Assembly: GCA_022711405.1 (NCBI GenBank)
Contig: JAKLFC010000002.1
Location: 245,772 to 309,771, forward strand
DNA length: 64,000 nt
Direction: 5' to 3'
Origin: Bacteroidota bacterium
GTDB taxonomy: Bacteria > Bacteroidota > Bacteroidia > Bacteroidales > JAGONC01
Under the pieces are notes generated by a model, which saw only the letters and a program-made list of their open reading frames with translations, was not told the DNA's origin and ran no database searches. Each line of letters opens with the position of its first letter. Within the stretch, counting starts at the first letter, position 1. The position numbers and the translations under genes are program-made. This document shows positions 28,294 through 37,903 of this stretch, one piece after another.

Positions 28294-30618
28294 CTATTTC
28301 TTCCTGCCTGTTTTTTTTGGTGACCTGGCGGGTGGGGTTGACTGAATGATTCGCAAACAATCCTCCAGTGTCAGCGTTTCCGGCTCCCTGTCCCTGGGTA
28401 TCTTAAAGTTGTCCTTTCCACTGGATATATACGGTCCAAAGCGTCCCCGGATGATCCTCACCGGAGGATTCCCGTCAAATTCCCTGATGATCTTTGCTTT
28501 TTCCTCCTGACGCCTGATTTCTATGATGGTCAGAGCGCGTTCCAGGGTGATGGTATGCGGGTCATCCGTTTTATCGAGAGAATAATAATTGTTCCGGTGC
28601 TTGATATAGGGTCCGAATCTGCCCAGGCCGATGACGATCTCACTTTGTTCAAATTCACCCAGCTCACGCGGGAGCTGAAACAAGGCGAGCGCCTCTTCCA
28701 GGTTTATGGTGTCGATGCTTTGGTCTTTTCTCAGCCCTGAAAATTTAGGCTTTACCGAATTGTTTGTCTCTCCCAGCTGTGCTATGGGACCATACTTCCC
28801 CAGCTTGACGTATACATTTTTCCCTGTCACGGGATCCTGTCCCAGCAGTTTTTCCCCTTTTACCTTTTCGTTGCTGTTGAGGGTTAATTCTACCTGTTGA
28901 TGGAAAGGCCCATAAAACTTTTTGATCATCTCATTCCACACCTTTTTGCCCTGGGCAATTTCATCAAAGTCCTTTTCGACCCTGGCGGTGAAATGATAAT
29001 CCATAATATTCACAAAATACTTTACCAAAAAGCTGTTCACAAGGGTTCCGATATCGGTCGGGATGAGTTTACCCTTGGTGAATCCGAATTTCTCCTTCCT
29101 GACTTCTTCGAGGAAGGTCCCTTTTTTAAGGGTGATCACATCGAAGTTCCTCCATTCACCAGTCTTATCGCCTTTTTCCACATATTCCCGTTTCTGGATG
29201 GTAGAGATGATGGGTGCGTAGGTGGAAGGGCGTCCGATTCCCAGATCTTCGAGCTTTTTCACCAGGGTGGCTTCGGAATACCGGAAAGGAGGCTGAGAAT
29301 ATTTCTGCGTAGCGCACATATCCTTCAGATACAGCTCCTGACCAACGTTCAGGGGCGGGAGGATACTGGTGGCGTCCTCGCCGGACTCATCGTCGGAGGA
29401 TTCCATGTACACTTTAAGAAATCCCTCAAAGCGGATCACCTCACCCCTGGCGATAAATTTCTCAGTGGCAGTGGAGATGTCAATGGTCACAATTGTTTTT
29501 TCGATCAGTGCATCGCTCATCTGGGATGCGATGGCCCGTTTCCATATCAGATCATACAGCTTTCGTTCGGTAGGGTCGCCTTCGATGGCAGACTGATCCA
29601 GGTACGTCGGACGGATGGCTTCATGAGCCTCCTGAGCTCCTTTGGTCCGCGTGGTATACTGACGGGTTTTGACATATTCCTTACCGAAGGCGGATGTAAT
29701 CACATCACGCGCCGCTGCGAGGGCCAGGCTTGAAAGGTTCACCGAGTCGGTACGCATGTAGGTGATCTTGCCTGCCTCGTACAGTTGCTGGGCCACCTTC
29801 ATGGTACTGCCTACCGTAAGCCCCAGTTTACGGCTGGCCTCCTGCTGCAGGGTGGAAGTGGTAAAGGGCGGTGCGGGGGCTTTGGTGACCGGCTTGGTTT
29901 CAATATCACTGATCCGGAAGGTTGCGTTCCTGCATTTTTCCAGAAAACCAACGGCTTCCTGTCGGGTATCAAACCGCTGGGGAAGCTCAGCCTGAACGTT
30001 CGTCCGGCCCTGGGAAGTTTCCACGTCAAAGTTGGCAGTAACTTTATAGGAAGTGGAAGCCTGGAAGGCTTTGATCTCTTCTTCCCTTTCGACGATCAGC
30101 CGGACTGCGACCGATTGTACCCTTCCGGCAGACAATGCAGGTTTTACTTTTTTCCAGAGGATGGGCGACAACTCAAAGCCTACCAGCCGGTCGAGCACCC
30201 TGCGTGCCTGTTGTGCATCCACCAGGTTCATGTTGATCCTGCGGGGATTGTTAACAGCCTCTGCAATGGCCTGCCTGGTGATCTCATGGAAGGCAATCCT
30301 TTTCACCTTCTCCTGGTCCAGGTGCAACGTCTCGGCCAGGTGCCATGAAATGGCCTCCCCCTCCCTGTCCTCATCAGAGGCAAGCCATACCGTTTCAGCT
30401 TCGCCGGCAAGCCGCTTCAGCTCGCTAACGATTTTGGTCTTATCCGGAGTAATCTCGTAATGGGGAAGGAAATCCTTTTCGATATTGACGCTCAGGTTCT
30501 TCTTCGACAGATCCCTCACATGACCAAAACTCGATTTGACAAGAAAGTCCTTACCCAGAAAACCGCTGATGGTTTTAGCTTTGGCAGGTGATTCAACAAT
30601 GACCAGATTTTTCGCCAT
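28294..30618 (-). CDS. topA: DNA topoisomerase I (type IA)
   Basis: Toprim start LVIVESPAKAKTI and active-site Tyr context ITYMRTDS. 774 aa. TAATTTTG box on the minus strand at 30646-30653. Confidence 0.95.
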   Translation of the reverse strand: MAKNLVIVESPAKAKTISGFLGKDFLVKSSFGHVRDLSKKNLSVNIEKDFLPHYEITPDKTKIVSELKRLAGEAETVWLASDEDREGEAISWHLAETLHLDQEKVKRIAFHEITRQAIAEAVNNPRRINMNLVDAQQARRVLDRLVGFELSPILWKKVKPALSAGRVQSVAVRLIVEREEEIKAFQASTSYKVTANFDVETSQGRTNVQAELPQRFDTRQEAVGFLEKCRNATFRISDIETKPVTKAPAPPFTTSTLQQEASRKLGLTVGSTMKVAQQLYEAGKITYMRTDSVNLSSLALAAARDVITSAFGKEYVKTRQYTTRTKGAQEAHEAIRPTYLDQSAIEGDPTERKLYDLIWKRAIASQMSDALIEKTIVTIDISTATEKFIARGEVIRFEGFLKVYMESSDDESGEDATSILPPLNVGQELYLKDMCATQKYSQPPFRYSEATLVKKLEDLGIGRPSTYAPIISTIQKREYVEKGDKTGEWRNFDVITLKKGTFLEEVRKEKFGFTKGKLIPTDIGTLVNSFLVKYFVNIMDYHFTARVEKDFDEIAQGKKVWNEMIKKFYGPFHQQVELTLNSNEKVKGEKLLGQDPVTGKNVYVKLGKYGPIAQLGETNNSVKPKFSGLRKDQSIDTINLEEALALFQLPRELGEFEQSEIVIGLGRFGPYIKHRNNYYSLDKTDDPHTITLERALTIIEIRRQEEKAKIIREFDGNPPVRIIRGRFGPYISSGKDNFKIPRDREPETLTLEDCLRIIQSTPPARSPKKTGRKK

Positions 30619-30645
30619 CTCCCTGTTGATTTTTTAAAACCGTGG

Positions 30646-30653
30646 CAAAATTA
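30646..30653 (-). promoter_or_regulatory. Bacteroidota -7 box TAnnTTTG (taattttg on the minus strand)
   Basis: Upstream of the topA ATG at 30618. Confidence 0.45.
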
Positions 30654-30726
30654 TAACTTTTATTGATTAATACGGAAACGTGAAATTTGTGACCCTGTTT
30701 CGGCAAAAAACCTCTGTGATTTTTAT

Positions 30727-30734
30727 TATTTTTG
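30727..30734 (+). promoter_or_regulatory. Bacteroidota -7 box TAnnTTTG (tatttttg)
   Basis: Upstream of the miaB ATG at 30784. Divergent from the topA promoter. Confidence 0.45.
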
Positions 30735-30783
30735 CAATCTTTTTTATAAGCTATTGATTTATACCTCAATCCTTCAGGACAAG

Positions 30784-32118
30784 ATGCTGCCAGGGAGAAA
30801 GATTTATATTGAAACGTATGGTTGCCAGATGAATTTCTCGGACAGCGAGATCGTGGGATCCCTGGTGCTGGGAAGCGGGTATGAAACCACTACAGATCCG
30901 GGTGAGGCGGATGTGGTCTTTATCAATACCTGTTCGATCAGGGATCATGCTGAACAGCGCGTACGGCAGAGGCTGCGGGAGTTCCGCGCGTTGAAGAAGA
31001 AGCATCCCGGGATGATCATAGGTGTACTGGGCTGCATGGCAGAACGGTTAAAGGATGAGTTGCTGGAGCAGGAACCTTCGGTGGATATGATCATCGGGCC
31101 GGACGCCTACCGTGATATCCCGGCTCTGATTTCAGCGGTGGGGAGCGGTCAGAAGGCCGTGAATGTGATGCTTTCGCTGGAGGAGACCTATGCCGACATA
31201 CAGCCGGTAAGGCTGGGTAGTAACGGTGTCAGCGCCTTCATTTCGATCATGCGGGGTTGCGAAAATTATTGTGCCTACTGTGTGGTGCCATTTACGAGGG
31301 GTAAAGAACGCAGCAGGGATCCGGATTCCATTATCAGGGAGGCCGGTGATCTCGTTCAAAAAGGGTACCGGGAGGTCACCCTGCTGGGTCAGAATGTCAA
31401 CTCCTACGCATGGAATGAGAATGGACGGACGATGAATTTTGCACAACTGATCGCCCGCGTGGCCGGCATAGATCCACAGCTTCGCCTGCGGTTTGCTACC
31501 TCCCACCCCAAGGATCTGTCGGATGAACTTATCGGTGTCATCGCCTCCACCCCAAATATCTGCAGGGCAATCCACCTGCCTGTCCAGTCAGGAAGCAACC
31601 GGATCCTGCATCTGATGAACAGGAAATATACCCGTGAAGAGTATATGAACCGTATCAGGGCTATCAGAGAAAAGATCCCCGACAGCAGCATCTCTACGGA
31701 TATCATTACCGGATTCTGCGGTGAGACAGAGGAAGACCACCTGGAAACCCTTTCCCTCATGCAATGGGTTTCCTTCGATTATGCTTTTATGTTCAACTAT
31801 TCAGAGCGGCCGGGTACCCTTGCCGCAAAAAAACTTCGCGATGATGTTCCCGATGTGGTTAAAAGCCGCCGTCTGGAGGAAGTGATCCACCTGCAGCAAA
31901 AGCTTTCCCATGAAAGCAATAAAAAAGACATCGGAAAGGTCTGCGAAGTGCTGGCAGAAGGAAGATCTCGAAAATCGGAACATCAGCTCTCCGGGCGCAA
32001 CAGCCAGAATAAGGTCGTGGTGTTCCCTGCAGGGGATATTCATCCCGGTGAATACATCCGTGTAAAGATCACCCGATGCACCCCAGCCACCCTGATAGGC
32101 GAGGTCAGCCCGGAATGA
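30784..32118 (+). CDS. miaB: tRNA (N6-isopentenyl adenosine(37)-C2)-methylthiotransferase
   Basis: N-terminal [15 protein letters not shown], radical [15 protein letters not shown], and a C-terminal TRAM-like region. ATG at 30784 preferred over the upstream TTG at 30754. Confidence 0.9.
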   Translation: MLPGRKIYIETYGCQMNFSDSEIVGSLVLGSGYETTTDPGEADVVFINTCSIRDHAEQRVRQRLREFRALKKKHPGMIIGVLGCMAERLKDELLEQEPSVDMIIGPDAYRDIPALISAVGSGQKAVNVMLSLEETYADIQPVRLGSNGVSAFISIMRGCENYCAYCVVPFTRGKERSRDPDSIIREAGDLVQKGYREVTLLGQNVNSYAWNENGRTMNFAQLIARVAGIDPQLRLRFATSHPKDLSDELIGVIASTPNICRAIHLPVQSGSNRILHLMNRKYTREEYMNRIRAIREKIPDSSISTDIITGFCGETEEDHLETLSLMQWVSFDYAFMFNYSERPGTLAAKKLRDDVPDVVKSRRLEEVIHLQQKLSHESNKKDIGKVCEVLAEGRSRKSEHQLSGRNSQNKVVVFPAGDIHPGEYIRVKITRCTPATLIGEVSPE

Positions 32119-32203
32119 AATCCTTCCCTGGCTTGCTCGGTATGTTTTTCAAAGGCTGGCATGCACTCTGAAGTTAATTCCCTTTTTTCAAAAGAAAAAT
32201 CAT

Positions 32204-32211
32204 TATTTTTG
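32204..32211 (+). promoter_or_regulatory. Bacteroidota -7 box TAnnTTTG (tatttttg)
   Basis: Upstream of the cysC ATG at 32258. Confidence 0.45.
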
Positions 32212-32257
32212 CAACCCTGCCTGAAAAGACGGGCAATGGGTTAAGGGTGCAGATCTA

Positions 32258-32887
32258 ATGGAAGGAGATATGAAAAATGCTCAGGAAACCGGAAGGGTTT
32301 ATCCGGAATTCCATAAAATAATTCAGCGAGCGGATAAAGAATCGTTCCTCAAACAAAGGGCGAAGGTGATTTGGCTCACAGGACTCTCAGGATCAGGCAA
32401 AACCACACTGGGAAGCTACCTGGAAAAGGAATTGTTTTCGAGGGGCTACCTTACTCAAATGCTTGACGGGGATAACATACGAGTCGGGATCAATTGCAAC
32501 CTGACCTTCACGGAGGAGGATCGTCGTGAGAATATCCGCAGGATCGCTGAAGTGTCAAAGCTTTTTTTGAACTGCGGGATCATCGTGATCAGCTGCTTTA
32601 TCTCCCCCACCCAGGAGATCCGCAGGATGGCACGGGCCATCATTGGTGATGGGGATTTCCTCGAGATCTATATCAATTCACCGCTGGATGTCTGTGAGCA
32701 AAGAGATGTAAAGGGATTGTACAAACTGGCAAGACAAGGGAAGATAAAGGATTTCACAGGGATTGACTCCCCCTTTGAGAAGCCAATGAATTGTAATCTG
32801 GAAATACGGACCGATCTGCTTTCAGTGGAGGAATCTGCCAGGAAACTGGTGAATTTTGTTCTTCCTCAGGTCACAAATGGCCGTTAA
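32258..32887 (+). CDS. cysC: Adenylyl-sulfate kinase
   Basis: P-loop WLTGLSGSGKTTLG, then LDGDNIR and SFISP-like CFISP motifs. Confidence 0.9.
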   Translation: MEGDMKNAQETGRVYPEFHKIIQRADKESFLKQRAKVIWLTGLSGSGKTTLGSYLEKELFSRGYLTQMLDGDNIRVGINCNLTFTEEDRRENIRRIAEVSKLFLNCGIIVISCFISPTQEIRRMARAIIGDGDFLEIYINSPLDVCEQRDVKGLYKLARQGKIKDFTGIDSPFEKPMNCNLEIRTDLLSVEESARKLVNFVLPQVTNGR

Positions 32888-32905
32888 AGGATCGAATAGA
32901 CGACA

Positions 32906-33811
32906 ATGAAGAAATATCATTTGAATCACTTACGGGAGCTTGAATCCGAATCCATCTACGTCATGCGGGAGGTGGCTGCCCAGTTTGAACGCCCCTGCCT
33001 GCTGTTCTCGGGCGGGAAAGATTCGATCGTTCTGGTTCATCTGGCGCGCAAAGCTTTTCACCCTTCCCTGATTCCTTTCCCGCTTTTGCATATCGATACA
33101 GGACACAATTTCCAGGAAGCGCTGGATTTCAGGGACGGACTGGTCAAAAAGATCGGCGCCCGCCTGGTGGTCGGCAGCGTCCAGGAGTCGATCGATAAGG
33201 GCCGGGTGGTGGAAGAAACAGGATACAGCGCCAGCCGCAATGTGCTTCAGACTACCACGCTGCTCGACACCATCGCCGAATTTAAGTTCGATGCAGCCAT
33301 CGGAGGCGGTCGCCGCGACGAAGAGAAAGCCCGCGCCAAGGAACGGTTTTTCTCGCACAGGGATGAGTTCGGACAATGGGATCCCAAAAATCAACGACCT
33401 GAACTGTGGAATATCTTCAACGGGAAAAAACACATCGGGGAACATTTCCGGGTCTTCCCTATCAGCAACTGGACCGAGATGGATATATGGCAATATATCT
33501 ATATGGAAAACATCGAACTGCCAAGCCTTTATTATACCCATACCCGTGAAGTGTTCAACCGCGACGGGGTCTGGCTGGCTTATGCGCCGTTCATGAAACT
33601 CAAACCGAATGAAAAGGTGGAAATGAAAACGGTAAGGTGCCGTACCGTAGGGGATATCACCTGTACCGGCCTTAGCCTTTCGACAGCGAACTCACTGGAG
33701 GAGATCATCCAGGAGATCGCGGCCACACGCGTGACGGAAAGAGGAAGCCGCTACGACGACCTGCGGTCGGAAGCAGCCATGGAAGACCGCAAACGGGAAG
33801 GATATTTCTGA
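32906..33811 (+). CDS. cysD: Sulfate adenylyltransferase subunit 2
   Basis: PP-loop LFSGGKDS, GGRRDEEKARAKERFFS, and C-terminal EDRKREGYF. Confidence 0.93.
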   Translation: MKKYHLNHLRELESESIYVMREVAAQFERPCLLFSGGKDSIVLVHLARKAFHPSLIPFPLLHIDTGHNFQEALDFRDGLVKKIGARLVVGSVQESIDKGRVVEETGYSASRNVLQTTTLLDTIAEFKFDAAIGGGRRDEEKARAKERFFSHRDEFGQWDPKNQRPELWNIFNGKKHIGEHFRVFPISNWTEMDIWQYIYMENIELPSLYYTHTREVFNRDGVWLAYAPFMKLKPNEKVEMKTVRCRTVGDITCTGLSLSTANSLEEIIQEIAATRVTERGSRYDDLRSEAAMEDRKREGYF

Positions 33812-33835
33812 TAACGGGCAGTAAACATTCACTCA

Positions 33836-35122
33836 ATGGAAGAAAAGTTTTCGAGCAAAGGGTACCTCAATATGGAGCTGCTGCGTTTCACCACTGCAGG
33901 CAGCGTGGATGACGGCAAAAGCACACTGATCGGAAGACTTCTCTACGATAGCAAATCCATCTTCGAAGACCAGCTGGAAGCTGTGAAAAGGGCCAGCATC
34001 CGCAGGGGAAATGAACGGGTTGACCTGGCCCTGCTGACCGACGGACTGAGGGCTGAGCGTGAACAGGGTATCACGATTGACGTAGCCTACCGTTACTTTG
34101 CCACACCAAAACGCAAGTTCATCATCGCCGATACACCGGGCCATGTCCAGTATACCCGTAACATGGTGACCGGTGCCTCCACCGCCAACGCAGCCATCAT
34201 CCTCATCGATGCACGTAATGGCGTCACGGAACAAACCTGCCGACACTCCTACATCGCCTCCCTGCTCGAGATCAAACACCTGATCATCTGCATCAACAAG
34301 ATGGACCTGGTGGAATTCAGCCAGGAGGTCTATGAAAGAATCAAAAATGAATTCATTGTCTTTTCAAGGAAACTGGATGCCCGCGATATACACTTTGTAC
34401 CCATCAGCGCACTGCTGGGTGACAACGTGGTGGAACCCTCGTCCAATATGGGATGGTACAGGGGAGGTACATTGATGCATATCCTCGAAACCATCGATAT
34501 CATGAGCGATTGCAACCTGGACGACCCCCGCTTTCCGGTCCAGTATGTCATCAGACCTCAGTCGGCAGATTATCCCGATTATCGGGGATATGCAGGCAGA
34601 ATTGACGGAGGAGTCTTCAGAAAGGGAGACGAGATCGTGGTCATGCCGCAGCAGAAATCAACAGTGATCGAGTCGATAGACTTCTTCCACCAGAGTCTCG
34701 AACAGGCATTTCCGCCAATGTCGGTGACCATCCGTATCAAAGATGATATCGACATCAGCCGGGGCGACATGTTTGTCAAAAAAGACAACATGCCTTCTGT
34801 CACACGGGATATCACCGCCATGGTTTGCTGGATGAGCGATCGGCCTTTGCAACTCAATGGAAAATATGCCCTGAAACATACTACGAAAGACGTGCGCTGC
34901 GTGATCAGGGACGTTCTGTATAAAGTGAATGTCAATAACCTTCATCAGAACAAGGAAGACAGGAACGTAACCCTGAATGAGATTGCCTGCGTCTCCCTTC
35001 GGACCACACAGCCCCTTCTGACCGATCCTTACAAGAGGAACAGGAAAACCGGTTCCCTGATCCTGATCGATGAGGGTACCAATAATACGGTGGGTGTGGG
35101 AATGGTGATTTCCTCACAGTAA
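33836..35122 (+). CDS. cysN: Sulfate adenylyltransferase subunit 1 (GTPase)
   Basis: G1 GSVDDGKSTL, G3 DTPGH, G4 NKMD. 428 aa, with no fused APS kinase domain. Confidence 0.9.
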   Translation: MEEKFSSKGYLNMELLRFTTAGSVDDGKSTLIGRLLYDSKSIFEDQLEAVKRASIRRGNERVDLALLTDGLRAEREQGITIDVAYRYFATPKRKFIIADTPGHVQYTRNMVTGASTANAAIILIDARNGVTEQTCRHSYIASLLEIKHLIICINKMDLVEFSQEVYERIKNEFIVFSRKLDARDIHFVPISALLGDNVVEPSSNMGWYRGGTLMHILETIDIMSDCNLDDPRFPVQYVIRPQSADYPDYRGYAGRIDGGVFRKGDEIVVMPQQKSTVIESIDFFHQSLEQAFPPMSVTIRIKDDIDISRGDMFVKKDNMPSVTRDITAMVCWMSDRPLQLNGKYALKHTTKDVRCVIRDVLYKVNVNNLHQNKEDRNVTLNEIACVSLRTTQPLLTDPYKRNRKTGSLILIDEGTNNTVGVGMVISSQ

Positions 35123-35175
35123 GAATGAAATAGTAAAAATGAAATAGTACATATTTATCATCAAAAATCCTTCTT

Positions 35176-36885
35176 ATGAAACAATTACTGCGTATAGCGC
35201 CTTGTACGATTTTCGTTGTTATGACCGGTTTCTGGATGACCTCAGACGCCTGCACCAACTTCCTCGTCACCAAAGGCGCCTCCGTCGACGGATCAGTCAT
35301 GATCAGTTATTCAGCTGACTCGCACACCCTTTATGGGGAACTTTACCACTGGGCTGCAGCAACGTATCCGGAAGGTGCCCTGCTGGACGTTTATGAATGG
35401 GATACCGGAAAATACCTGGGAAAGATCAGGCAGGCACGGCAGACCTACAACGTGATCGGGAACATGAATGAGCACCAGGTGGCCATTGGAGAAACCACAT
35501 ACGGTGGCCGCGAGGAGTTAGGAAGTCAGTCAGGTGCCATCGTTGATTACGGCAGCATGATGTATATTGCCCTTCAGCGCTCCAGGACTGCCAGGGAAGC
35601 CATCAGGATCATGACAGGCCTGGTAGCGGAATATGGTTATGCCAGCTCGGGAGAGTCAATTTCAGTATCCGATCCCAATGAGGCCTGGATATTTGAGATC
35701 ATTGGAAAAGGAGAAGGCCAGAAAGGAGCCGTCTGGGTTGCCCTGCGCATTCCCGACGGATATGTCTGCGCCCACGCCAACCATGCCCGTATAACCACCT
35801 TCCCTCCTGCCAATGGAAAAACCTCCATTACCTTCTCACAGATCGATAAAATCTTTGATCCCGCCGTGGAATGTGTATATGCCGATGACGTGATCACCTT
35901 TGCCCGCACAATGAAATACTATGAGGGGAAAGACCAGGATTTCAGCTTTTCAGATACTTACGCTCCTCTTGACTTCAGCGCTGCCCGGTTCTGTGAAGTG
36001 CGTGTCTGGTCTTTTTTCAGAAGCGTTCATTCCGGCATGGAAAAATATGTTGATTATGCATCCGGTCATAATTTAAAAAACCGTATGCCGTTGTGGATCA
36101 AACCCGAACGGAAGATCTCGGTAACTGATATGATGGATTTCATGCGTGATCACCTGGAGGGTACACCACTGGATATGACAAAGGATATGGGTGCCGGTCC
36201 CTACAAAAATCCTTACCGCTGGCGCCCGCTTACCTTCAAGGTGGATGGAAAAGTGTACTGCAACGAACGTGCGACCAGTTCACAGCAATGCGGTTTTGTA
36301 TTCGTAGCCCAGTCACGGTCGTGGCTGCCGGATCCTATCGGCGGCATCCACTGGTTCGGTGTGGATGATGCTGCCAGCAATGTCTTTGTACCCATGTACT
36401 GCAGCATTACCGAGGCTCCCCAGGCATACGCTGCAGGAAACGGATCCATGATGGAATTCACCTTCAACAGCGCCTTCTGGGTGTCCAACATGGTTTCCAA
36501 CTTTGCCTATACGCGCTACAGCGATATCCACCCGGAAATCCGTGAGGTCCAGACCAGCCTTGAGAATAAATTCATCGACAAGGTTAAGGATACCGATCAG
36601 AAAGCCCTTGCCCTCTACAACAATGATCCAGCAGCAGCCGTTACGTTCCTGACAGGTTTTTCGGCTGAACAGGGAGCCCTCGCACTGAAGACATGGCAGA
36701 ATTTATGGGCGTATCTTTTTACACGGTATATGGACGGTAACATCAAAACTGCCCTTCCTGTTCCAGATGGTTACCTGTACTACAATCCAAAGGTGGAACA
36801 GCCAGGCTATGGAGAAGAATGGTATCGCAGGATCGTGGAAGAGACCGGCGATCATTTTTTGGTCCCGGGTGCGCCCAGCCATTGA
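35176..36885 (+). CDS. C69 family dipeptidase (secreted)
   Basis: Signal-like N-terminus followed by the nucleophile context ACTNFLVTKGASVDGSVMISYSADS typical of peptidase C69. Confidence 0.75.
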   Translation: MKQLLRIAPCTIFVVMTGFWMTSDACTNFLVTKGASVDGSVMISYSADSHTLYGELYHWAAATYPEGALLDVYEWDTGKYLGKIRQARQTYNVIGNMNEHQVAIGETTYGGREELGSQSGAIVDYGSMMYIALQRSRTAREAIRIMTGLVAEYGYASSGESISVSDPNEAWIFEIIGKGEGQKGAVWVALRIPDGYVCAHANHARITTFPPANGKTSITFSQIDKIFDPAVECVYADDVITFARTMKYYEGKDQDFSFSDTYAPLDFSAARFCEVRVWSFFRSVHSGMEKYVDYASGHNLKNRMPLWIKPERKISVTDMMDFMRDHLEGTPLDMTKDMGAGPYKNPYRWRPLTFKVDGKVYCNERATSSQQCGFVFVAQSRSWLPDPIGGIHWFGVDDAASNVFVPMYCSITEAPQAYAAGNGSMMEFTFNSAFWVSNMVSNFAYTRYSDIHPEIREVQTSLENKFIDKVKDTDQKALALYNNDPAAAVTFLTGFSAEQGALALKTWQNLWAYLFTRYMDGNIKTALPVPDGYLYYNPKVEQPGYGEEWYRRIVEETGDHFLVPGAPSH

Positions 36886-36915
36886 TATTTATTGGTTATT
36901 TTCCCCCGCTTCTAG

Positions 36916-36923
36916 TATATTTG
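36916..36923 (+). promoter_or_regulatory. Bacteroidota -7 box TAnnTTTG (tatatttg)
   Basis: Upstream of the ATG at 36962. Confidence 0.4.
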
Positions 36924-36961
36924 TGGTAATTAACCGGGGATATATTTTAAAATGATTCAAT

Positions 36962-37903
36962 ATGAATAACAGTTATTCATTCGGGGAATCCGATCCCGGA
37001 TCTTCCGGAAACAGAAACAGATCATGGATTTATCTTGTCGCCATTCTGTTGCTGGCCGTAGTGTGCGGAATTTATATTGCCAAATTCATCAGGTCGAACA
37101 AAGAGGTTCAAACCCTCACCACCGAGAAAGAAAGCCTGAAAACGGAACTACAGGGTGAACTGGATTCACTGCTGATCGAACATGAAAAGATCAAACAGGA
37201 ATATGGAGAATTGAGCGATGTTCTGGTGGTGAAAGACAGCATCATTCAGGCTAATGCAATGGAAATCAAACAACTACTTGATACCCAATGGGAGTATTAT
37301 AAGGTGAAGAAGAAATTGGACAACCTCCGCGACGTTTCACAGAGCTACCTGAAACAGATCGATTCGTTATTTACTGTCAACAGGGCTCTGAAGGAAGAAA
37401 ACCTTGCGATACGGCAACATTTTGAGGCAGAACAGAAAAAAACGGAGATCCTTCAGAAAGACAAAGAGGAGCTGACCCAAAAAATCACGGAAGCAGCGGT
37501 GCTGAGGGCGTATAACATCAGTGCCGTGGGGGTGCGCTTCAAAAGTGCTGAAGAAGAAAAAGTAACCGATAAGGCCCGCAGGGTTGATAAAATCAAGGTC
37601 TGTTTCACGCTGGCTGCCAATCAGTTGATCACTCCGGGGCAAAAGGATGTATATATCCGGATCGCCCGCCCCGACAACATGATCCTGACCAAGGGAAAAG
37701 GTGAGGAGTTTTCCTTTACCTTCATGGGCGCCACACTGCAGTACTCGATCCTGCAAACGGTGGATTATAACCTGGAAGCCGTTGAGAGCTGCACCTACTG
37801 GATCCACCGCGACAGCTATGAGCCCCTTATTGAGGGAACCTATGTCGTATCCATCTACGCGGAAGATAAAGAGATCGGCCAGACCTCCTTCGTGCTGATG
37901 TGA
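36962..37903 (+). CDS. Membrane-anchored coiled-coil protein, function unknown
   Basis: TM helix WIYLVAILLLAVVCGIYIA, then ~170 aa of heptad-like E/K/Q/L-rich sequence and a beta-rich C-terminal domain. TATATTTG box at 36916-36923. Confidence 0.5.
   Translation: MNNSYSFGESDPGSSGNRNRSWIYLVAILLLAVVCGIYIAKFIRSNKEVQTLTTEKESLKTELQGELDSLLIEHEKIKQEYGELSDVLVVKDSIIQANAMEIKQLLDTQWEYYKVKKKLDNLRDVSQSYLKQIDSLFTVNRALKEENLAIRQHFEAEQKKTEILQKDKEELTQKITEAAVLRAYNISAVGVRFKSAEEEKVTDKARRVDKIKVCFTLAANQLITPGQKDVYIRIARPDNMILTKGKGEEFSFTFMGATLQYSILQTVDYNLEAVESCTYWIHRDSYEPLIEGTYVVSIYAEDKEIGQTSFVLM

Noticed and set aside
30688-30700. Exact 13-mer tgtgaccctgttt shared between the topA/miaB divergent spacer and the region upstream of the LTD operon (41856-41868), considered as a possible common operator.
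   Set aside because: By my estimate roughly tens of exact 13-mer coincidences are expected in a 64-kb window counting both strands. There is no dyad symmetry or third copy.
32119-32257. A possible riboswitch or leader in the 139-nt spacer upstream of cysC-cysD-cysN.
   Set aside because: I recognised no known aptamer consensus by eye. The spacer contains a good TATTTTTG -7 box at 32204-32211, which explains most of its length. An Infernal scan would be needed to exclude a riboswitch.
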